Source: Paraspadella gotoi (Eukaryota; Animalia; Chaetognatha). From it: a stretch of 63,988 bases of DNA. The DNA is taken from the NCBI GenBank assembly GCA_051294375.1, contig CM119268.1, forward strand, positions 18,680,615-18,744,602, in the 5' to 3' direction. A program made the translations under genes and the position numbers. Positions 36,442 through 57,485 of the stretch are shown piece by piece. Position 1 is the first letter of the stretch. Each line of letters opens with the position of its first letter. A model generated the notes under the pieces. That model was not told the DNA's origin. It saw nothing but the letters and a program-made list of their open reading frames with translations, and ran no database searches.

Positions 36442-37785
36442 TTCTCTCTCTCTCTCATTTCTAAATTCTCTTCCCCTCGTTATCTTTCATTCTTCCTTCC
36501 CCATTTTCCCCCTTACTCAGAAAATGTCCTTCCGTCTCCAACTTGGAGAATTTAAAGAAGAAGAGCGATGAGTCGTGGGAGTCCTACAAGAAGAAGCAGT
36601 GGGGTCGCGTTCCCAAGTATCTCGTCGACCGGAAGGAGGCGTGGAGGAAGGAGGAAGAGGAGGAGAGGAAGAGGAACGAACGAGATCCCGACTGTCCTCC
36701 AGGTGAATGGAGAGAGTGTAGTCAGGCATTGCCTAAGTTCACCCCGCCTATAAGCGTGACGCCTTCAGTCGTGACCCGGTACCTCATTGAGTATTGAGTA
36801 AAGCATCAGCTCATGACCACTAGGTACCGGGTTCTATCCCAACCCGGTACCTACCCTTCGGGAAGGGTCAGGACGGCCGTCAGCCGCCATGAGGACGTGG
36901 TTAAGCCTGGTTCCAAGCCCAGTCCATGGCTGCTGAGGGGCATAGAAGTTATGGATAGTAGTCTTCAGCCCACTTCGCGCCTTATCTACAAGAGTATGAG
37001 GATTAATTAGGGGAACAGCATAAACTAATATTGAAATTATTCTTATTTTAATGATAATTATAATATCATATTAAATATTTTTTTAAACTTTCGAATACAC
37101 ATAGCTTGATAGGGAAGATAGGGAGTGAATAAACTAGACGGTGGGAGATTCTTTATTGAAAGCTTGCTGGGTCCTTCTATGTTATTATCTTGTAAGTCTG
37201 ATTGAGTAGTGGTAGTTTATATCATAACCTGTCCAAAGTCAGGGGAAAGATGGCTCATTTATTTAATTTACGAATTATTTCACATTACCAAGTTGTATCA
37301 ATTTGATATCAAATACTTTTTTTATTCTCAATAATAAGATATCTTCTCAGTCGGCGTGGCTAAGTTACATACGCTCTCTTTTCTTCATTACTTACAGTTT
37401 CAATGTCTTTTCCACTTTTTTTCATATTTTTCACATTAACAATATTATTGATATTTTTTTTAAAAAATTACATTTTAAGCCAAATCTATCCATTAATAAA
37501 TAAATCAATCAATTCCTCTCTCCTTCCAAAGGTCACGTCCCCATGTCCAAGGAAGAACAAGCGGCGACGCTCGATCAACTCCGGCGCCACCGCCAGGAAC
37601 TTCTGCGTCAACTAGGCGCCGTCCCGATTCGCGCTGACACCCTCAGGGTGAAGAAGGTGCGCCTCCGCATCGAGGAGCAGTTGGAGGAGTTGGACGAGGC
37701 GGTGAAGACGTTTTCTAAGCCGAAGGTGTTCGTCAAAGCGGAGGAAGGGGAGGAGGCGAAGAAGGCCGAGGCGATTCAATGGTAG
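29785..37785 (+). CDS. ENKD1: Enkurin domain-containing protein 1, 7 coding exons, about 572 aa
   Basis: Exons 29785-29909, 30071-30272, 35123-35245, 35327-35489, 35560-36229, 36521-36702 and 37532-37785 total 1719 nt with consistent phases. Motifs STLSGPIVPD, NHQAANVRRMRKIQ, PLKALWKSPAY, YLRAHSR, GRVPKYLVDRKEAWR, DPDCPPGHVPM and EAVKTFSKPKVFVK parallel human ENKD1 as recalled (SRISGPIPPD, PLKALWRSPKY, FLRAHSR, DPAMPPGHTRM, EAIKIFSRPKVFVK). Confidence 0.92.
30539..33823 (-). CDS. ACCS: ACC synthase-like (ACCS/ACCSL family) class I/II PLP-dependent enzyme, 7 coding exons, nested in ENKD1 intron 2
   Basis: Exons 33823-33615, 33015-32866, 32593-about 32434, 32249-32058, 31556-about 31404, about 31212-31015 and about 30825-30539. 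Motifs NPTGMINLGSAQNKL, LVPSPFY, VRGIFLTNPGNPIG, HVVFDEVYAMS, HLIWSFSKD (PLP lysine), GFRCG and AGLFLWVNL. Confidence 0.88.
31605..31859 (-). mobile_element. tRNA-derived SINE, copy 1, in an ACCS intron
   Basis: Near-identical to 62619-62873. The minus strand carries A-box-like TGGCTGAGCAGG and B-box GGTTCAATCC. Confidence 0.8.
33380..33583 (-). mobile_element. tRNA-like SINE fragment in ACCS coding intron 1
   Basis: Minus strand has a 5' hairpin ggtgga-ctaaaa-tccacc, then an acceptor-stem-like pair gcggcca...tggtcgc with a T-arm-like ccggcgttctagaccgg. It is a GC island within an AT-rich intron. Confidence 0.5.
36720..37015 (+). mobile_element. tRNA-like SINE in the last ENKD1 intron
   Basis: B-box-like GGGTTCTATCCC inside aggtaccggg...cccggtacct, a CTCATGA anticodon-like loop and a cccTTCGgg hairpin. 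It is a GC island within an AT-rich intron. Confidence 0.5.
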
Positions 37786-39253
37786 GGGGAAGAGGAGGAG
37801 GAAGAGGAGGAGGAGAAGAGATAAAGACGCTCAAAGGAATTTAATAATTATTTAATTTCTAATATTTCTTCGATTTTACTCTTGGATGTAATTTTTAATT
37901 TTCATAAAATAAAATTTGTATCTTTTATATTTTTTTCTTTAATTCTATGGTTAATCGCGAAAGATGTTCATTTAGTTTTACGTAAAATCTCGCGCATCTT
38001 GTTCGTTCGACATCTGGCGGGCTAACTCAAAAAACAAGAAAAGAGCATCTGATAAATGTCGATGTTTTTCTGTCGGAGGGATTCGACGCGTTTGTCTTGT
38101 AAATTTTTTTCCGTGCAGCTGTTGGTATTTATATGTCACGTAGGTTTAAGTATTTACAAATTATCTCAAGATTCTCAAGTAAAAAATTTGAAACTTTACG
38201 TAAATCAAATTTTAAATTAATGAGGATTAAAAAGAAATTGGAATATGGTCAGATTTTGCAAATTGCTTTGAATAATAATGGATACCTTTCATTATAACGA
38301 TATTCGTTTTAGTGACAAAGTTTCTTGTACGATTGCTTATTTAGTAATATTGATTATTTTGTTAACTTTCATTTTAGAATTCGATTAAAGGCCTGGGTAG
38401 ATATATATGTTTTTGAATAGTATGTTCAGTAATAAAATAGGCTTTTGCCAAAAAAAGAATATCGTCGGTCTCCTATTTCGGGTCAGAGGTAAAAAAGTTA
38501 GCATAAAAACGCAATCTCATTAATTTTTTCCTTGTTCTTTTTCCTGTCAACCGCGGTCGCTGACAAATTTATTCTCAACGAATTCCCGAAAAGTCGCAAT
38601 TCTTCGGGCGCTTGAAGGCCGATTGATTCGAACCTTGGCAAGACGAAGGGAGGGAGGAAGAGGTAAAAGGAAGGAGGGGGAATGAGAAGAAGAAAGAGGG
38701 AGGAAGAAGAAGAGGGAGGAAACAGAAGACGGAAAGAGAAGAGGGAGGAAGCAGAAGGAAGGAAAAGAGGGAGAAAGCAGAAGGAAGGAGAAGAGGGAGG
38801 AAGCAGAATAGGGAGGAAGCAGAAGAAGGAAAGAGAAGAGGGAGGAAGGATAATAGGGAGGAAGCAGAAGAAAGAAAGAGAAGAGGGAAAAAGAAGATAA
38901 GATGAAGGATGAAAAAGTTAAAAAGAATTCGATAGAGAAAAAAAATATTAATACGAGAAAAAAGGTAAAGGATCGAGGGATCGAGATGAACTAAACAAAA
39001 AAGAAAATCAAAGTGTCGTCTTTGTCATGTAATGTAATCAAGTTAAAACAATATTAAAGAGATAACAGAATATGATTAGCATTTTAAAGCAGCCACGAGT
39101 GAACTAAACTTACAAAGCGATCAAAAACCGAGGTACAAGTTGTTTACATTTTACAGAGACTTAAAAAGTACAGAACCGACATTTACTTCGGTTGCACTTC
39201 AGTATTCTGACAAAAGTTACAAAAAACATGAAACAAAAGGAGTTAAGTTGTGG

Positions 39254-39354
<101 letters not shown>

Positions 39355-39668
39355 CACCGAAGGATTTATGGGCCATAAATTTGGTTTCTTGTTCTTCAAC
39401 TTTGGAATTTGGTGAACATTTTCTGTCTTACGACTTAACCCTTCGTCTTTGTCGCCATCTTTCTTAGTTGTTACTAGTCGACGGCAACCGGAATTTTCCG
39501 TACTAACCCTTATTTTAGGTTCATCTATTTAGCTAAATAGCTATTTTCCTATTTTAAATTGTCAGTTAATTTCTTCGACCATCTGTTCCGTCTACAATTT
39601 TACCTCCGGCCTCTTGAGTCTCGTTTTCTTTTCGCCGCCACCTCAATTAGCTTTCGTGTCACACTGTT

Positions 39669-39717
<49 letters not shown>

Positions 39718-40240
39718 TCTCTCTCCTCTCTCTCCTCTCTCTCTCTCTCTCTCTTCTCGTCTCTCTCTCTCTCTCTCTCAATGGATCATTTTAAAGTCGA
39801 AGCATCGATTTCGTTGCAGCGAGGATTTTCATTGCCTAAATCTTGCCTCCTTCGCCTCTCGCCCTCTGGAGTCCACAAAGTAAACGACGCGCAATTTTTT
39901 TTCACGGTTGCCATGGAGAGGCTATCAGGGGGAATGTCTGTTTTTATTTAGTCCATCTTCTCCTTATATGACAATATATTTTAGTTTATTTTTACGAACC
40001 AACTCATATATAAGCTTAGTTTGGACAAGTACATTGTATTTTATATCATCTTATCATTTATCTTATCATTCAAATCAAGTAAAATTTTCCGACTATTCGC
40101 ACTCAATTCACGTGCGCGCGTCTCACCGGCGATTCGCACGCAATCGCGTGGTCTCCGCACGAGGTCACCGACTTCCCTGGATTTGAAGCGCGAATCATCG
40201 GGGGAAAGATTAAAACGGTTGGAGGTTAGAAAGAGTTGAG

Positions 40241-40257
40241 ACCGGAAGTGAAGATGG
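40241..40257 (+). promoter_or_regulatory. Possible core promoter motifs (ETS ACCGGAAGTG and YY1-like AAGATGG) in a CpG-rich patch
   Basis: ACCGGAAGTG is directly followed by AAGATGG, after a CG-rich stretch at 40100-40200. No downstream gene could be built with confidence. Confidence 0.3.
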
Positions 40258-41639
40258 AAAGGATCGTAGGGGTTCTGGTTAAAAAAAGAAAATAATGTTT
40301 TCTTAAAAATTAATTATTTAGAGATCAACAACTTACAAATGAGGTTGGAAAGTCGAAACTAACAAATTAAATATCAACTTTTAAGTTCGATAAATAACTA
40401 CATTATTCTCCCAGCTGCATCACCGCTGCAACTTTGCTTTCTATCAAATTCTTTCCGAAAAAAAGTCAGAAGAAAAATTCTTCGCCGATCAGATTGATTT
40501 ATTCCGATTCCTTGTTCATCTTTTTTTTTCTCTCCAAGAGACGAAATGCTCTCACCATAATTTTTTTTTTCAAAACCGATACGAGAATCGTAAACATATA
40601 TATCTCGGACACAACCCGCGTTTTATTTCCCTGTCAGAGATTTAAAGGTTTCCATTTGTGTTTTCCCGCGATTTATAGCCAACAATTTTTTTTCTCTTTT
40701 TTTTCTTCTTTTCTTCTTTGGTTTTATTTCCTTCGTTGACGAACCTCGATTACGCCCACGATCCAATCTTTCTCCACCGAAAACGCCGCCGCCACCGCCG
40801 CTGCGCCGCCGCCACCTCGGCCGCTGCCACTACCGCCGCTGCGTCTCCTCCACCGTTGCCGCCATCCACCAGTTATTTTTTTCCTGCTTTTCTATAAATG
40901 TATTTCCTCTTTAAGTCTTTTCCATTTGTAAAATCCTTTTCAATTTTGTTGCTTATTCTCGGTTGTAGAACAATCCGTACATTAGGTTTTAGTTATGTGA
41001 CAAAAAAATATATAAAAATAACTTTTAAAAAGGATGTTTTTTTTTTTAACATACCGCCAAGCCTTTCTACAATCGTGTCTCATTATCCAACTCTTTTTTT
41101 TATTATCTTTCATTACTTTCTAGAAATTCTCCCTTCTCATCCTCTTTTCCTTCTTTTTTCTTCTTTCCTCCTCTTCTCCCTCATCCCTCTATCTTCCACC
41201 CTATCCGTTTTCTATCTCCTTTCACCTCCCTGCTCCTCCTTCCCCTTCTTCGTCCCCATTCCCCCTCCCTCTTCCTTTCTCTTCTCCCTCACGCTTCCTC
41301 TTCTCCTCCTCCCCCTCCCTCTCGACCTTCTCTCTTCCTCTTTTCTCCACCCTTCCCTCTTCCTCTATTCCTCCCTCTCACTCACTCCCTCTTCCTTCAC
41401 CTTCTTCCCACCCTTCCCTCTTCCTTCCATTCCTCCTCTCCACTCCTTCCTTCTTCTTCACCTTTCCTCCCACCTTTCCCTCTTCCTCCCTTCTCCTCCC
41501 GGGTTTCTCCTCGAATTGACGCAATTAAGCTCAACGGATTGGAAACGACGGACTTTATCGCCTCCGAGTCCTCAACAGGAATTGTCTTCTTTCCTCCTCG
41601 TCTACTCTTCTCTCTCCTTTCTCTCTCTCTCTCTCTTCT

Positions 41640-41687
<48 letters not shown>

Positions 41688-42364
41688 CGTCTCTCTCTCT
41701 CTCTCTCATTCTTTTCCCTGGTTAAAATCTTCATCCTCATCTTCTCACTCATTTTCCCCTTCTTTCCTTTTCTCTCTTACTACTTAATCGATTAAGTTTT
41801 TTTGTACTCATTTTTTTAGAAGACACATAAAGCGGCAAAGAACAGAAGGATAAGAATTTTATTTGCTATAGAATTTAATAGATGTAAAACTCGTAAATAA
41901 GAGTATTCTAAACTCATTCTCTTGGTTAAAACGAAAAAAAATGTCTTATTGCGATTGATTTAAAAAATTAATTAAAAAAAGTACAAGGGTTCTAAATTTC
42001 AAAAAACGCTTATCCCATCCCCCGCGGCGACTGGACTTTGTAGTCACCTCAAAACTAAGATAAAAAATCTTAAAAGCATAAAGATCGAGCCGCTTTCGAT
42101 AGTAACCAAATATATGATGCGATGTTAACCAAATATTGATGCGATGATAACCAATATTGACGCGATGATAAACCAATAATTGATGCGATGATAAAAAAAT
42201 GACTGATGTGATGTAATCAAATGATTGATGCGANNNNNNNNNNNNNNNNNNNNNNNNNTTCCTCCTCATTGACGAATTAAGCCTCAACGATGGAAAACGA
42301 CGGACTTTATCGCCTCCGAGTCTCAACAGGAATTTCTTCTTTCCTTCCTCGCTCCTTATCTCTC

Positions 42365-45300
42365 AAGAGAGAGATCTGCGTCCGTTCTATACACGGCCAG
42401 ACATTTTTTATCATTAAACGGAGGGCGCAGAAGTTTATTTTGCAATTTTTTGTGGCGACGGCCCCCGGTTCGGCAAGAGAAGCAATAAGTTTTTCGTTTT
42501 TATTGAAACGCTTAGCAGCCGGTTTTTTAAAGTAAAAATATTTTTAGAGAATTTTTTGATAAAGCTAACCGAACGTTTTTTTAAAACGGGGTTTGTGAAT
42601 GTTTTTAACATGATAGGAAATTTTTCATATTATTAAATTATTCTTTTTCATTTTTTAAAAATTAAAATAAACTCCCGGTCGAGCAGCGAGTCAACCTTGA
42701 CTCTGCTGTTTCGGGTATTTTTCTTCTTCTAAGATAACCAGGCCTCGTGTCTCGATCAGGATCTATGCCTTTTTGTTTGCTTTAATACGTGGCGCTCTGA
42801 AGCCTTTCTCGAAGGGCTTTTTCTGTTTCTGTGAAGTCTGAAAAGAGCTCGCACTACTCAGTATTTATTTTTCTATTTTTCATTTTGGTTAGATAGTTAT
42901 TTTTATTGTCTTTATTCCCGTTTTTCTGGCTTTATTTAAATTCACTGAAAAGTTGGATCTCTCCTGTGGCGGGAGTAAAGGGTTGGGATCTCGAAATACG
43001 GATGTCGATTCGCTGTAAAAGCGGTGGCGAAAAACGTTATTTATTAATACATTTTCTTTCAGCTCAGCGGTTCACACGGTCGGAATTTTCTATGTGTTTT
43101 CTGGCGGCTGAGAATCATCGTTTTTTATGAGGGAGTGCCACCGTTACAAAGGTCCCGTATTTTATTTTTATTTCAATGTTTTGTTTCATGTTTATTGCCT
43201 ATTATTTCGAATTTCTGCACCATGTCGACTTGAATCGGCATGGGGGGCGCTTGTGGACGGAGTTTCCTCTTTGCTTTGCTGCGGCTTTGACGTCCGTCTT
43301 CGGTCAGCAAAAGTAAGTCGGTGGTCAACAGGATGTTTTTGTCATGACGGGACCGGCGGTGAGGTTCACGTGGGAGGCTTGTCCGTGCAGCGGCAAGTCG
43401 GCGCGTACAGCCTCTCATCGTTTGACGCAATGTGTTTTACTTTGACCCTTATTTCAATCTCAGAATATTTTTTTGCCTTTTTTTTAAACTGTTTTTTGGA
43501 AAAATTTTACATTTTTATTTCGTTATCGTTGCGCTCAGGATTTCGGCGATGTACGGCGGATAACGTGTATGATTTCGTCATATTTCGTTACGCCCACGTA
43601 ATATTGGCGTTATGTTGACTCATCGATATTTTTCCCCACGCGGCCTATCGAGCGATCGTGCGATGCATCGTCGATGGCAGTTCGTAAATTTACTGACAAT
43701 TGTTTTCGTGTTTATGCTCGTTTACATCCGCTTCCGGCGACGATGAACATTTGACTTCCGTTCGTAGTGGACGCTCGGATGCGTGACGACGATTAGGGCT
43801 GAGCTACGAATTTCGAATGTTTGGTTTGGTCGTGCTGGAACTTGGTTGTGGGCGGACAATATTCAGAAATATAATATTGTATTCTTACGGTTTTTTCTTA
43901 ATATTTTTTTAGTTTAAAATAAATATTATTTTTTAGAGAGTAATATCGTTATTTGTATGTTTAGGGGTTTTGCGGTAGGTTGAACCTCGACTTTCAATCG
44001 ATCGTACGGCCTCGATTATCTCCGGATTAAGTGTTATTTACCATCAGATGCCTTTATCCTCAATCTTCGCGACTTTACGATCGGAGAAATTGAGATTTTC
44101 CCCCGTTTTCCCCCCAAACAGTTACAAATTAACTACGCGTAGTTCTTTTATTGTATTTTTTGGGACTTAGCGGTTTTTTTGCTAATTTTTCCGAAAAAAA
44201 TTTTTTCTTTTTTGTACCGAACAGGTTCGTTCCTCTCCCGTTTCGTGCGGAGTGGGTACGGCGCAATTTTTCGTAATGAAAATTTAGGTATTTTTTAGAA
44301 AAATATATGGTTTTAAAGAGTACTTTGTTCGTTTTTTTTAAGAAAATATTGGATTATTTGTTTCCGCTTTTTTAGTGAATAAGTCCTTAACCCACTTAAT
44401 ATCACAAAGCCGTGTTTTTTTGGTTTTTGTTTTTTAGATTTTCGTGTGTTTTTTAAGGCAGTTGAGAATAAAGGTGAAATTGGTCTAGGTCCAGAGTTTT
44501 TTGGTTTGAGGTGAGAGGCAGGAAACAAAACCAACGCTCGCAAAGCCGTGTTCTACCGACCAGAACAAGACGGAAGAACGAAACCCTCTTCAGAGAGAGC
44601 GTGTGTGCAAACCATCTCCACCTGCTTAAAAAACACCTCCCATCTGTTCCATTTTTTGTATTTATTTAGTTTTGTTCGTTTTTTTGATAGCCTGAGGAGA
44701 AGAGAGGACATTTAGAGTAGGAAGAAAATAATATAGATTATCTTTCTCTGATATTTTATATTATTCATAGTTTGCCCCTAACATTTTCTTTCGCTTTTTG
44801 ATAAAAGTTTTTTGCCTCAACTTTCAAAAGTCTCTAGACGTGACGGAGCTTTGTGAGTTGATGCTAAAATATCAGCAACTTTAGCTTTTGGAGTGACGGT
44901 CAACCCTGTTCAGAACATGTCTCCGCTGCGCGCCGGCAAGGCGGGCGGCTTCTTTTCTTTGTACACACGGCGCGGTTTCCAGTAAGAATTGGTTGGAGAG
45001 AAAATGCGTCTGGGGAACTCGCAAATTTTTTTCGGGGCGGCATTTCGGTAACGAAGGTTTTACTTCGTTAGACCACCGTCTTAGCTCTTAGGCGGGCAAG
45101 GACCTTACCGAAAACACCCTTTAATAACTTACCCGTCCTTATCAGGTTATAGTCCGCGGCTTTCCTGTGGCAAGGTCAGCTGGCTTCGTTGAATCGTTCG
45201 GACATATGGTACGTCTCTTTTTTTGTATTTTCTCCCTTAATATAAGAAAACAGGAGCTGGAATCAGGGAAGCCGCGCAACGAGGGGAAGTTACCATGTAT

Positions 45301-48070
45301 TGGCTGATTTTATTTTTTGGCCAGGGTTTGTAGGGTCTCGGCCCCATCCGTTGTACTCTTAGTTTTTACCTTGCCGTAGTTAGTTCTCGTTGCACGGCAA
45401 CGGATGCTTAAATAAAATGAACCAATAAAGTAATTCCTATTATTGCCATCCAGATTCAGAACTGATTTCGTTTCTTAGTGTAGTTGCGATTTTAGGTTTA
45501 TGTAATGTTTCCGGGTTTAGTATGTGTGATAGTATGTGATTTCGTTTTAAGGTTTAGTCCTAATATTTTTTATTTTGCAACCTTACTACGACATTAGGTA
45601 GATAAGGTATTTTAAATTCTTTTTGCTTTAACAGTTATATCAAGAAGATTTCGTTTTACAAGAAGAACGGCGAAAGATTAGTGAGATTGATCCAAAGATT
45701 TAGTATTTTTTATATACATCTCAATTTACTAATTTTTTTCCCCGTAGGCTCAGTTTAAGTTTTGTGTCCGTAGTAAATGGTTGTGCGTACCTATACATAT
45801 TGGTAAGGAGTCGAACGTACGCAGATCTTCAAAGATTCGGTCTTTCGCATCGGAGGCTTCATCAAGGATCGTTTGAGGGATGATGGGGAGTAATGCCTGA
45901 TGTGCCTGACCGCGTTGTGTCGATCTTTATTGCGGCCACACTGCGGTGAGAAAAAAATTGAAAATTTGAGATTTGTGTCTTTCGTCTCTGGTTTGTTCGT
46001 GATTATGAAGCACCTTTGGCCTCGCCATGTTCGTCTGAAGGTCGAAGGGTTGATATCGTTCTTAGCCGGTCGATTATTAACTTCGAGATCCTATTTTCGT
46101 TCTCGCGGGGGGCAGATAGATGCATTTCGGTTAAACGTGTATATCGTTTTACCAATCCGACAACCATAGTATTTTTTCTTCACCTTTTCGATTAACCGTC
46201 TAGGAATTCGATTTGGTTCGGCGGTGCCGTTTGTCCTTTGCAATTCGGCCTTCCATTAATATTCACGTTTCCTTTTTTAGTTGGCTACTTTTTTCAAAGA
46301 TTCGGTGTAACATATGTCAAGTTCGAGATCGGCCTCCCGGAGAACAGATCCACCGTTCATTCGCGCTTTGAACCTAAGTAAAAATAAATTGGGTTTAAAG
46401 GTGACAGGCCCACCGGGGTCAGTTATAGCCCGGCTTAAACTTTCGATAAAAGGCTTTTATTGTTTTTGCCTCTTTGATTTAGTTTATTTTGTAGTAATAA
46501 TGACGCCGAAGTAGCTTTGCCAAAAATCATTTTATATTGTGTCAGTTAGTTAGTCAGTCAGAATTTAGCTCGACTTCGTCTCATTCACACCGCTGCCTTG
46601 TGGTCGATTTATTTATAGGGTATTTGTGATGTATCGGTTTTTCAGTTAGGCGGGCAACGATTTTTTAAAGTTCAACGCCAGGTTGAACCAGTTTTTTTAG
46701 TGTTGTTTTCGTTTTTTGGATTAGGTTTGAACGGGTGTACTAATACACCCGTAGCTGAGTATTATTTTTTGTTTTTCCTATTCGTAGTCAGAGAGACGTT
46801 CGTTTCGGCAATCGTCAACAGCGGCGCTGGTCGCTACTCTGGCAGAAGTTGGTGAGCGGCAACCGTCGGCGTCTGCGTGGAACTCGAGCGAACATAGTGT
46901 CTATGAAGTCCTATTTTATGGTTGAAAAATTAAGTATTGAGAATTACGACAACCGGTAGTTTATTAATCATCACGCACGGTTTTTTCTAAATTCACATTG
47001 GTTGTAACCACTGTTTCGTCTTCAAACATAAACTGAGTACAATTAGCGTGTGGAAGAGGGTTGTCGCCGGTCAGTTTGTCGTCTGCCGTCGTCACCAGTT
47101 ATCCGTTCAACGTTTGTCAGTTTTTCGTCAGTATTTTAAGGTATTTTGAGGTATTACAAGTAAGTCCTGGGCGCATTTTTTGCATACTCAACTTTTAAAT
47201 ATTCTTCCTTTCCTCTTTCCATCCCACTGCGACCGGATATTTTGGATAGTTCTTTCTAGACATGCTCAAGGTATTTTGTATGCTTTGACATACCAATAGC
47301 GGGGGTGTTAACGAAATAACTATCTTTAATATTCGGGAATCCTGCTTCTCTACCTTTTTCCGCGTTGCTCTTTTTGCTCTTTATTACTGACATCGAAAAT
47401 GCTTCCCATTCTAGGCTGATCGACACGTACTCTTTAGGCTCTCTCTTTGTTTCTACTTAAAGTAGCAACGAATTCCGAAGGCAGTGTAACATCTGATTTC
47501 TGATTGGTGCCCGTGATTTCGATAGATTTTCCGATTAAGATTCTTGATCGATTCTATCCACGTGGCCATCTTTCAGATCTCAAAGTTGTCACTGGGTTGT
47601 TTTTAAGTTCTTTTCAAGAGCATTAAGAAACTCTTATCAGATATCTCGAATCTTATTTTTTGTGTGATCGCTGGTTTGGGTGGACTTTTCTATGAGAGAA
47701 GCATCTCTATTTTTGCATATTTTGGCTTCAGAAACAAGTTAGAAGACACTTTTAAATTTATATATATTTGCTGATTTGGTTCTAAATGTTTTGTATTCTT
47801 GCCGCAGGAACTTCTAACTCACCTTTGTACAGACTTACAACTACAGAAATTTCCGTCAAGTCTGGCTTCGTAAGATCGTCGTCTTTCGGCGCCTTAGCCG
47901 GACGTATCTACCCGAGACTTTTGTCGTATCATCTCCAGGGCGTCCTTTGACGCGGCGCCATCGTCTCTTCTGCGCCATTTTAATACCCGATTCATCTGTC
48001 TTCAATGCGCAGAATTAGTCAGTCAGTTTAGAAATTCAAAGACGCCACTTCTCCGAACTTAGTTCAAAAC
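42365..48070. other. Compositionally distinct T-rich segment with no long ORF (probable chimeric or low-quality read)
   Basis: Lacks the microsatellites and exon/intron mosaic of its flanks, and is strongly T-skewed. It begins with AAGAGAGAGAT about 105 bp after a 25-N gap and ends where the 32737 duplicate begins. Confidence 0.5.
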
Positions 48071-48071
48071 A

Positions 48072-57485
<9,414 letters not shown>

